Notes under the pieces: model-generated | The model's input: only the letters and a program-made list of their open reading frames with translations | What the model was told of the DNA's origin: nothing | Database searches by the model: none | Made by a program: the position numbers and the translations under genes | In this document: positions 19,048 through 29,200 of the stretch, piece by piece | Numbering within the stretch: position 1 is the first letter of the stretch | Layout of the letters: each line of letters starts with the position of its first letter | IMG/VR virus record: IMGVR_UViG_3300042308_001511 | Coordinates: 1 to 64,000 of that record | Direction: 5' to 3' (one strand) | Length of the DNA stretch: 64,000 nt

Positions 19048-20361
19048 ATGGTAGAAACAAATGAAAGACTTGCCTACAAAGTGAAAGATATGTCACTAGC
19101 AGAATGGGGAAGAAAAGAAATTACACTTGCAGAAGCTGAGATGCCTGGACTTATGGCACTAAGAGATGAATATGGAACTACTAAACCACTAACCGGATCT
19201 AGGATTGCGGGTTGTTTACATATGACAATTCAGACAGCAGTTCTTATTGAGACATTGGTTGAATTAGGTGCACAAGTTTCTTGGTCATCTTGTAACATAT
19301 TCTCTACACAGGATCACGCTGCTGCTGCGATTGCTGCCGCCGGAATTCCAGTTTATGCTTGGAAAGGTATGAATGAAGAAGAATTCGATTGGTGTATCGA
19401 ACAAACATTGTATGCATTTGAGGGTGGAGAACCTTTGAATATGATTCTTGATGATGGTGGGGATTTAACAAATATGGTATTTGACAGGTATCCTAATTTA
19501 GCAGCAGGTATCAAAGGTCTTTCCGAAGAAACTACAACCGGAGTTCATAGATTATATGAGAGAGTTAAGAATGGAACTCTTTTAGTTCCTGCAATTAACG
19601 TAAACGACTCAGTTACTAAATCAAAGTTTGATAACAAATATGGTTGTAAAGAGTCTTTGGTTGATGCAATTAGACGTGCAACTGATATAATGATGGCTGG
19701 TAAAGTTGCAGTTGTTTGTGGTTATGGTGACGTTGGTAAAGGATCTGCAGCATCTTTACAAGGTGCTGGTGCAAGGGTTATTGTTACTGAGATTGATCCA
19801 ATCTGTGCTCTTCAAGCAGCTATGGATGGTTATGAGGTAAAGAAACTGGATAACGTTATTGACAGAGTTGATATTGTGGTTACGGCAACTGGAAACAAAG
19901 ACATTGTTAATGAGAAACACTTCCGAAAAATGAAGGATAAGACAATTGTATGTAATATCGGACATTTTGATAACGAGATTGATATGGCTTGGTTGAACAC
20001 AAACTACGGTTCTACAAAGAACGAAGTGAAACCACAAGTTGACATCTACAATGTAGAAGGAAATGACATCATTATTCTCGCAGAAGGTAGATTAGTAAAT
20101 CTCGGTTGTGCAACTGGACATCCATCATTTGTTATGTCAAATTCTTTTGCAAATCAGACATTAGCACAAATTGAACTTTGGACGAACTATCAAAACTATG
20201 ATAATCAGGTTTATGTTTTACCTAAGAAGTTAGATGAAAAGGTTGCTATGTTACACCTTTCTAAAATCGGTGTAGAACTTGATGTACTTACTTATGAACA
20301 GGCCGAGTATATCGGTGTGTCGGTAGAAGGACCATTCAAAAACGATGAATATAGATACTAA
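19048..20361 (+). CDS. ahcY: Adenosylhomocysteinase (SAH hydrolase)
   Basis: [78 protein letters not shown]. Confidence 0.98.
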   Translation: MVETNERLAYKVKDMSLAEWGRKEITLAEAEMPGLMALRDEYGTTKPLTGSRIAGCLHMTIQTAVLIETLVELGAQVSWSSCNIFSTQDHAAAAIAAAGIPVYAWKGMNEEEFDWCIEQTLYAFEGGEPLNMILDDGGDLTNMVFDRYPNLAAGIKGLSEETTTGVHRLYERVKNGTLLVPAINVNDSVTKSKFDNKYGCKESLVDAIRRATDIMMAGKVAVVCGYGDVGKGSAASLQGAGARVIVTEIDPICALQAAMDGYEVKKLDNVIDRVDIVVTATGNKDIVNEKHFRKMKDKTIVCNIGHFDNEIDMAWLNTNYGSTKNEVKPQVDIYNVEGNDIIILAEGRLVNLGCATGHPSFVMSNSFANQTLAQIELWTNYQNYDNQVYVLPKKLDEKVAMLHLSKIGVELDVLTYEQAEYIGVSVEGPFKNDEYRY

Positions 20362-20373
20362 ATATCTAAAAAT

Positions 20374-20404
20374 AAAAAGCCTCGACTTAGTCGAGGCTTT
20401 TTTT
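20374..20404. terminator. Bidirectional intrinsic terminator
   Basis: aaaaagcctcgact-t-agtcgaggctttt between convergent genes. Confidence 0.85.
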
Positions 20405-21362
20405 ATACAGTTGGACCATCAAAAACTTTTGGTTCTTCACCTTCTTTGATTAGTTGACTTTTTGGTGGAGTAGGTTTTGTTACAAATTCACCTACTTTCA
20501 AAGATTGTATTATTACATCAACATCGAACATCTCCGCAGTAGAAGAAACAATCTGTGTTGGATCACCAACTATATCGTATGGTTCATAAATACTATTCTT
20601 TAAATCACCTGCTTGAAAATTACCATATATGTTATCATGTATATCATATCCTAATACAATTGGACTATTACAACCCCATAATACCGTTGATTTTAGACCA
20701 AAAGCCGCGGAAGCGTGTTGTATAAAAGAGTCAATAAGTAATCTTCTATCTGAGTGAAGGAGCATAAGAGCAGTTTGTCTTAGACCTGTTATATATGATT
20801 CTGCATTATTCAATTGTATTTGATCATGTCTCCTAATTTGTATTACTCTAAACTCATCACAAAGTTCGTCAATAACTTTTTGTACTATAGATGGTGGTAT
20901 ATCTCTGGCCCAAGAGTATTTATGTTGTTGATTTTCTGAACCACCAAAAGCGTTGACCATAAGTATTGGTCTTTCGTCTTTATTTATCATTTTCTGACAG
21001 AAGTCGTTTTCTAATTGTGTAAAATACATCTCTGGAATAGGACCATCCCAATTAACACCACATAATTCACACCATATATCAGTTACATGTCTTCTTCTGT
21101 ATATGTAGTCAGTGGTTTTATATGGATCGTGAAGAAATATTAAAGAGTTTTTATCATCGATGAAGTCGCTATAGAAATACTGCATCGTTCCAAAATGTAT
21201 TACTTTATGAACTCTTTGATTATTTAGCCATACATCTGTATGTGCAGTAACGACTACTATTTTTCGATTAGGATATGTTTTGTTGATGGCTCTTACAACC
21301 GCAGTTGCCATTACATTTTTACCAATACCACCTTCAATTTGAATAACTACGTAACTACTCAT
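20403..21362 (-). CDS. GT-B glycosyltransferase (GT9/heptosyltransferase-like)
   Basis: GGIGKNVMATAVVRAI...YP N-terminus and IDSFIQHASAAFGLKSTVLW C-terminal motif. Confidence 0.7.
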   Translation of the reverse strand: MSSYVVIQIEGGIGKNVMATAVVRAINKTYPNRKIVVVTAHTDVWLNNQRVHKVIHFGTMQYFYSDFIDDKNSLIFLHDPYKTTDYIYRRRHVTDIWCELCGVNWDGPIPEMYFTQLENDFCQKMINKDERPILMVNAFGGSENQQHKYSWARDIPPSIVQKVIDELCDEFRVIQIRRHDQIQLNNAESYITGLRQTALMLLHSDRRLLIDSFIQHASAAFGLKSTVLWGCNSPIVLGYDIHDNIYGNFQAGDLKNSIYEPYDIVGDPTQIVSSTAEMFDVDVIIQSLKVGEFVTKPTPPKSQLIKEGEEPKVFDGPTV

Positions 21363-21407
21363 ATAACTAAATTTTTTATAGTTATATTACTATTATGTTT
21401 TTAGTTC

Positions 21408-23183
21408 TTATATGTAAAGTGGTATTTTTAAATCTACATTATTTATTTTTGCACATAGGAAATGACTGAATGTTCCAGCAGATGCCGTTCCAATCCAGCT
21501 ATATGTTGATGCTAAAACCAATTGGTTATTAGCAGTTGGTAGTGCACAATAACCAATTACGATATTGTTACAAAATGCGGCATAAGTTACTCTCGTATCA
21601 GAACGAGAACCTATTGTAATATTTCTACATCCACCAGTACTTGAACCTGCACAATAACCAATTATAATACTATCACACAAATCAATCGCAGTAGTACTCG
21701 TTGAGTTCTTACCTGCATCAAAACCTATTATAACATTACACTTACCACCACTTCCTGAACCTGCACGAGCACCAATAACAACACTTTGACCTCCTAGTGC
21801 ATCTGATTGATGGCCAACCGCAACACTATAACATATATCAGTGTTTGTTGTGACACCGTTTATAGAACCATAAACTCCAGATCCCTGACCAACAAATGTA
21901 TTACCACATCCATTCGTCAAATCACGACCAGCATCATTACCAATATAGACGTTTGAAATACCATTTGAGTTAAACATACCAGAACAAACACCAACGAAAG
22001 AATTTAAACATCCAGAATTATTACATGAACCAGATTGTAATCCAACAAATGTATTTTCACAACCTGTATTATTTTTCAAACCTGAACAAACACCAACGAA
22101 TACGTTACTTCTACCAGTGGTTGTACAGAATCCTGAACACATTCCAACGAATGTGTTTGAATTACCTGTACTTATGCAATATCCGGCACCAAACCCAATA
22201 ATTGTACTCGATGTACCTGTATAAAATGCACCTGATTGAAGTCCTGAACCTGCACATGCACCAACGAATACGTTACCTGAACCACTTGTTGCGTTTCTAC
22301 CCGAACAGAATCCAATGAATGTGTTACACGCACTTGTGTTAAGATATCCCGATTGATATCCTACATTAACACTACCACCTGTCAAAGTGTTACACGCACC
22401 TGCACAAGATCCCAACATCACATTTGCATTACCACTTGTATTTTTTGTACCGGCTTGGTATCCAACAAAAGTATTATCTGCCGCTGTAGTTACACACCCA
22501 GAAAGGTTTCCTACAAACACGTTTTTATTTGCGGCGGCGTTGGCAGCGTTACAACCAGCTTCGTGACCTATAATAACGTTTTCCGAACCTGACGAGTTAA
22601 GTCCTGCCCAAGATCCGATAAAAGTACTTTTGCACGCACCCAAACTTGAGTTTCCTGCCTGAAATCCAACAAAGGTATTGTGACCAAGTGACCCTGTTTT
22701 ATTTGCACCCGCTTCTGTACCTATGAACGTATTACACTCTCCTGATGTATTACTAGCACCTGATTTGAATCCTACGAATGTGTTACAATTTGCGGTGTTA
22801 GTCGCACTAGATCCTGCACACGCACCCAAAAAAGTATTACCCGACTGTGTTGTTAGTGCATGTCCTGCAGTAAGACCTAAGAATGTATTATTTGTTCCGG
22901 TTACGGGAACAGAACCTCCTATTTCGTTGAATGATAGATTACCTTTTGGATAATCAACTAATCCGAATCCAGTAAGACCAGTAGCCACACTAAGTTGTAC
23001 AGAAAAATAAGGTTGTGCTGCATTAATACTTCCTGAACCCGAACCGGTTCCAGCGGTCGCCCATCTGACTATATTATCATTGCCCAGTACGAGGTATTTT
23101 GTCGATTGTGTGGATCCTGATGCTGTCGCTACAGATGCTGTTGCTATTGCAAGACCTTTCCTTATATAAAATTCGTTAGCCAT
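21408..23183 (-). CDS. Tail-fibre/adhesin-like protein with Cys-rich ~14-aa N-x-F-V-G-x-x-A/S-G repeats
   Basis: Many tandem NTF(I/V)GxxAG repeats, typical of trimeric beta-roll adhesin heads. Confidence 0.7.
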   Translation of the reverse strand: MANEFYIRKGLAIATASVATASGSTQSTKYLVLGNDNIVRWATAGTGSGSGSINAAQPYFSVQLSVATGLTGFGLVDYPKGNLSFNEIGGSVPVTGTNNTFLGLTAGHALTTQSGNTFLGACAGSSATNTANCNTFVGFKSGASNTSGECNTFIGTEAGANKTGSLGHNTFVGFQAGNSSLGACKSTFIGSWAGLNSSGSENVIIGHEAGCNAANAAANKNVFVGNLSGCVTTAADNTFVGYQAGTKNTSGNANVMLGSCAGACNTLTGGSVNVGYQSGYLNTSACNTFIGFCSGRNATSGSGNVFVGACAGSGLQSGAFYTGTSSTIIGFGAGYCISTGNSNTFVGMCSGFCTTTGRSNVFVGVCSGLKNNTGCENTFVGLQSGSCNNSGCLNSFVGVCSGMFNSNGISNVYIGNDAGRDLTNGCGNTFVGQGSGVYGSINGVTTNTDICYSVAVGHQSDALGGQSVVIGARAGSGSGGKCNVIIGFDAGKNSTSTTAIDLCDSIIIGYCAGSSTGGCRNITIGSRSDTRVTYAAFCNNIVIGYCALPTANNQLVLASTYSWIGTASAGTFSHFLCAKINNVDLKIPLYI

Positions 23184-23221
23184 TTGTTACCTAATTTTTT
23201 CACTGTCCAAAACAGGTAGTA

Positions 23222-23230
23222 TATATATTA
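23222..23230 (-). promoter_or_regulatory. Putative late promoter TAATATATA
   Basis: Exact motif upstream of the start at 23183. Confidence 0.6.
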
Positions 23231-23250
23231 ATCTTTGTATGTGTGTATTT

Positions 23251-23284
23251 AAAAAAGAAGAGCGACATTGTCGCTCTTCTTTTA
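23251..23284. terminator. Intrinsic terminator
   Basis: aaaaaagaagagcgaca-t-tgtcgctcttcttttt. Confidence 0.85.
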
Positions 23285-23295
23285 TTCTTTTTTAT

Positions 23296-26200
23296 TTATA
23301 CTGCTCTTATTATAGCTTTTATTGTCCATATTCCACCACCAACTGCCGTTGTTGCACTAAGTAATACGTTTGTGCCCGAAAGTGAAACATTTAATGTTAT
23401 AGCACCAGTGCCAGATCCTATGTCTTGTGTACTCGTCTCATTGTATTCGAGATTAGTACCGTTCCATATTGCAACTATAGTCCCTGCTCTTGTACTCAAA
23501 CCACTCTGAACGTTGTAGTCTATGTGTGCCGATGTGTATGTTGTTGCACTGAATTGGTAGATTGTTGAATTTACAAGTCCTGCTGCTCTTACTTGTTTGG
23601 TAGTTGTATATAATGAAGGTGCTTGGTAGTCTCCCATCACAATTGTGTTGTCCGAGAATGCTTCGAATACCGGAATACCAGATATATCATTCACAGAGAA
23701 AAGTGATCCGACTAAGTTATCTGTTGCTGTTAGTATTTCACCTGCAACACCATCTGTTTTTATAATCGTAGAGTTTGCAATATTACTTCTTACGTGTAAT
23801 TCTGCAGTAGGTACGGTTAGACCGATACCAACATTACCGAAACGATCAACACGCATTCTCTCAGTACCTCTTGTTCCAATCACAACATTGTTGTTCATAT
23901 CATCAACAGTTGAGTATCCTGTTATATCTATGTATGTTTTTCCACTACCGGGGTTTGTACCACCACCTGCAGATATTCTAAGGAATCCATCATCATAATT
24001 AGAACCAGAAGCACCATATGCTCTTATCTCACCATTTGTAAGTGTTCCCGCAGAAACGGTTGGTCGTAAAGACGTGTTATTTAGTCCAGAAAGAACGTTT
24101 ATTGAACCTGCAACATCTAATTTAGCACTAGGAGATGCTGTACCTATACCCACATCACCACTTGTAGAGATTACGAATTGTGTTGTGTCTGGATTCGTAA
24201 AATCTTCTACTACGAATGCATTACCAGTTCCGGTTTGTGTAATTCTTACTAAATCGGTTGTGGTTGAACCTGATGCTATTATTGCAGATACTGTGTTAGA
24301 TGTAATATGAAGTCTTGCAGCAGCTGATAATGTACCAATACCAACATTATCACCATTTAGATAAATAGAACTTGTTGCGGATAAGTTATTCACACTTCTC
24401 CAATATGGTACATAATTTACAACACCAGAACCAGTAACACCATTTACTGCTGCAAGTATATTAGAATATGTTAACCAAGAACCATGCCCAGTTGCATCAG
24501 ATACAAGTGCTTTATTTACACCTTGTGTTGTATCTTGAAGTCTGAATCCAGTTGCAACAGAAGATGCCCAGATGTGCATTTTTGCAGTGTTAGAGAAAGT
24601 ACCAATTGAAACTCCACCACCATCTGCTTGCATAATGATTGGTTTCGTTCCGCCTACTCCTCTGGTTGCCGCATACATATAAGCAAAATCCATTCTTTGG
24701 TCTACACCCATAACAAAGTAATCACCACCTGTAGAAGGACTACCTATCATAAGTGCGTGTAATGCATTCGTTCCTGCACTATACGAAGTACCTAATGGTC
24801 CAGTGTTTATTGAAAGATAAGATGTTGGGTTTATTGCGGTATTAGAATAATCACCTATACCGACGTTTCCATCTGATGCAATTCTCATTCTTTCTAAAAC
24901 ACCATTTGATGCAATTGCTCTATTTCCAGTTGATATTGTTCCAGTTCTGAATACTAACGAACCTGCCTGAGTTGCACCTGCAGTTATAGATCCTACACCT
25001 GCTACTGAATAAGTCCCATTCATAAATTGAACTAATCCATTTACTGCAGTATTTGTTGTAGATACAACATTTCTCGAAAGAGATAACACTGAATCGTCAC
25101 CAGCGAAATTTATATGTAATGGTGATATAGGTGTAGTAGTTCCTATACCAACATAGTTATTTTCACCTTCTAACGTCATAACAGTATTTGTGTTATCGTT
25201 GAAGTTTAGTCTATATGATTGTGTTGAACCAGAATCGGTGATGTTCCATTGTTTGTGTGATGATGTTGCACCACCATTTGTTTGATTTGCAATATATAAA
25301 CTTTCTAAAGAAGAACCACCTAATGATATTGGAAAAGTTGCACGTGATAACCATCTTACATTCAATGGATCAATTGTTTGTGTTGATTTTATAAGTTCTC
25401 CAGACGCCCATGTCCATCCTAAACTATAACCAAGTGTCTTTTCAACGTAGATTCTCATATCGTGTCCTGGTGACTGATCAATTGAGAAAAGTCCTTCTAA
25501 GTAATAAATTGTTGATGTTGTTGTAGGATTTTCGTTTTTGACAATTCTTACTTCCTTAATGTAATTCGCGTTTCCGAATTTTTGTAGAGAAAGTGTTGTT
25601 ACGTCAGTATAGTCTTTATATGCGTCTATTACATATGTAACTGGTAAATAGTTTCCACCTGTGTAAGAAATAATTATTCTTATATTACCTCGTCCTGATG
25701 GGTTGGAAACGGAACCAATTTGATACCAATATTGTTCAGTTATGTTTGTAGATGATATTGATGCCGTCCCCACATATTCAACCGTAAGTGGACCTGCAAT
25801 AGTAACAGATCCTGTTGCAGAAAATGTTCCAGTAAGGTTAAGTATTGAACCATCAAATGTTAGATTTTGTTCTGCTGTTACATTTGGTGATGTTCCGTTT
25901 AATGTTATTATACCATTATTAGTATTTCCAGTCAATGCTAATGAACCTGTAGGTCCAATTGGACCAGTAGAACCTTGTGGTCCTTGTGTACCGGATGTTC
26001 CTGATGATCCTGATGTTCCACTTGAACCGGATGTTCCTGATGATCCTGACGATCCACTTGTTCCTGAAGATCCTGACGATCCACTTGTTCCTGATGATCC
26101 TGACGATCCTCTTGTTCCTGATGATCCTGACGATCCACTTGTTCCTGACGACCCAGAAGTACCAGACGACCCTGATGTTCCTGACGACCCTGATGTTCCT

Positions 26201-29200
26201 GACGACCCAGAAGTACCAGACGACCCTGATGTTCCTGATGATCCTGACGATCCTCTTGTTCCTGACGATCCTGACGACCCTGATGTTCCTGATGACCCAG
26301 AAGTACCAGACGACCCTGATGTTCCTGATGTTCCTGATGACCCAGAAGTACCAGACGACCCTGATGTTCCTGATGACCCAGAAGTACCAGACGATCCACT
26401 TGTTCCTGATGATCCTGATGACCCAGAAGTACCAGACGACCCTGATGTTCCTGATGACCCAGAAGTACCAGACGATCCTGATGATCCTGATGATCCTGAC
26501 GATCCTCTTGTTCCTGACGATCCTGACGACCCAGAAGTTCCACTTGAACCAGATGTTCCTGACGATCCTGACGATCCTGACGACCCTGATGTTCCGTTTG
26601 TACCATTACCGCCTGACGCACCTGCTAAGTTTACTGTCCAACTATTATATGTGTTTCCTAAACCAACACCACTATTTACACTCACAACTAAAACTCCTGT
26701 TCCAGAATTATAAGAGGTTACAGTCGCATTCATATAATCGGCACCACTCGAAATAAGAACCGTTTGATTAGGAGTATATGCTAAACCTGTTCCAACTGTA
26801 AATGTCTTACTTCCAGATGATACTATAGTATTAGATGTTGTAGATGTAGTTGCATATTTGTCACTTTGACCTGAAGATCCACTCGACCCTGATGTTCCAG
26901 AAGACCCTGAACTACCAGATGTTCCTGTTGTTCCTGAACTACCAGATGTTCCTGTTGTTCCTGAACTACCAGATGTTCCTGTCGATCCTGAACTACCAGA
27001 TGTTCCTGAAGATCCTGATGTTCCTGAAGATCCTGATGTTCCTGAAGATCCTGAACTTCCTCTGGTTCCGGATGATCCTGATGATCCAGATGTTCCTGAA
27101 CTACCAGATGTTCCTGAAGATCCTGAACTACCAGATGTTCCTGATGATCCTGACGACCCTCTTGTTCCTGACGACCCAGACGTTCCACTTGACCCAGATG
27201 TTCCACTCGAACCTGATGTTCCACTCGAACCTGATGTTCCTGAAGATCCACTTGGCCCAGATGTTCCTGATGATCCTGACGACCCAGACGTTCCACTTGA
27301 CCCTGATGATCCTGATGTTCCTGATGTTCCACTCGAACCTGATGTTCCACTCGAACCTGATGTTCCACTCGACCCTGATGTTCCAGAAGATCCACTTGTT
27401 CCTGACGACCCAGATGATCCTGATGATCCAGATGTTCCTGATGTCCCACTTGAACCAGAAGTTCCGGATGATCCGGATGTTCCTGAAGATCCTGAACTTC
27501 CTCTGGTTCCGGATGATCCTGATGATCCAGATGTTCCTGATGTCCCACTTGAACCAGAAGTTCCGGATGATCCTGATGTTCCTGATGATCCTGATGTTCC
27601 TGAAGATCCACTTGACCCAGATGTTCCTGATGTTCCTGAAGATCCACTTGAACCAGATGTTCCTGATGTTCCTGAAGACCCACTTGTTCCTGAAGACCCA
27701 CTTGTTCCTGAAGACCCACTTGTTCCACCTAAACTTATTGATGATTTGTATCTAACTACTCCATCAGTACCCAAAACCAAAATGTTGGTTTCTGTTGTTC
27801 CGACTACTCCATTGTATATTGTAAGACTATTGACTGAAGTATTTCCTGAGAAAGTTGCATTACCAGTCAAAGTTAATGTATTGTTATCGAATGTTAAGTT
27901 ATTTCTTGCTATTGCACTATTTGAAGATGCACCATCCGCAGTTAGTATTCTGTTAGGTCCAGGTGTAGTTATACTATTGAATCCGGTTCCACTTGTTCCT
28001 GACGACCCAGATGTTCCTGAACTACCTGAAGATCCTCTTGTTCCCGAACTACCTGAAGATCCACTTGTTCCTGAACTACCTGAAGACCCACTTGTTCCTG
28101 AAGACCCACTTGTTCCTGATGTTCCTGAACTACCTGAAGATCCTCTTGTTCCCGAACTACCTGATGACCCACTTGTTCCTGAACTACCTGAAGATCCACT
28201 TGTTCCTGATGAACCAGATGTTCCTGATGAACCAGATGTTCCTGATGTTCCAGAACTACCTGAAGATCCTCTTGTTCCTGATGAACCAGATGTTCCTGAT
28301 GAACCAGATGTTCCTGATGTTCCTGATGACCCTGCCGACCCTGAACTACCTGAAGATCCTGCAACACCTACATCACCAATAATACTAACTAGCCAATCAT
28401 CATAAGTACCTGTACCTACTACATAATCAACATTTACTAAAATATCGGTTGTTTGTGGATTAGTTATACTGGAAGCTATCTGTCCCTCCATATAAGTTGT
28501 CGCACTGTTCCAAATTCGAACTCGTGTTCCTTGTGTCCAACCTAAGTTTACGATTGGTGAACTAGGGTTAATAGGTAGTGTTTTTGAACCGGTTGTTAAA
28601 CTCAAAGAACTTGCACTATATGATAAACTCATAATTGGTCTTGTTCCAGATGTTCCGGATGATCCACTAGAACCTGATGTTCCTGATGTCCCACTTGACC
28701 CACTGGTTCCTGATGTTCCTGAAGATCCTGAACTTCCTCTAGTTCCAGATGATCCACTAGAACCTGATGTTCCTGAAGATCCACTTGTTCCTGATGACCC
28801 AGATGTTCCTGAAGATCCACTTGTTCCTGATGTCCCACTTGACCCACTGGTTCCTGAAGATCCTGAACTTCCTCTAGTTCCAGATGATCCACTAGAACCT
28901 GATGTTCCTGAAGATCCACTTGTTCCAGATGTTCCGGATGATCCTGCACTACCGGAAGAGCCTGATGTCCCACTTGAACCGGATGATCCTGATGTTCCTG
29001 ATGATCCACTAGAACCAGATGTTCCTGATGATCCTGAACTTCCGCTGGTTCCGGATGATCCTGATGTTCCTGAAGATCCTGAACTTCCTCTGGTTCCTGA
29101 TGATCCAGATGACCCAGATGTTCCTGATGTCCCACTTGAGCCTGATGTTCCTGATGAGCCTGATGTTCCTGATGAGCCTGATGTTCCTGATGAGCCTGAT

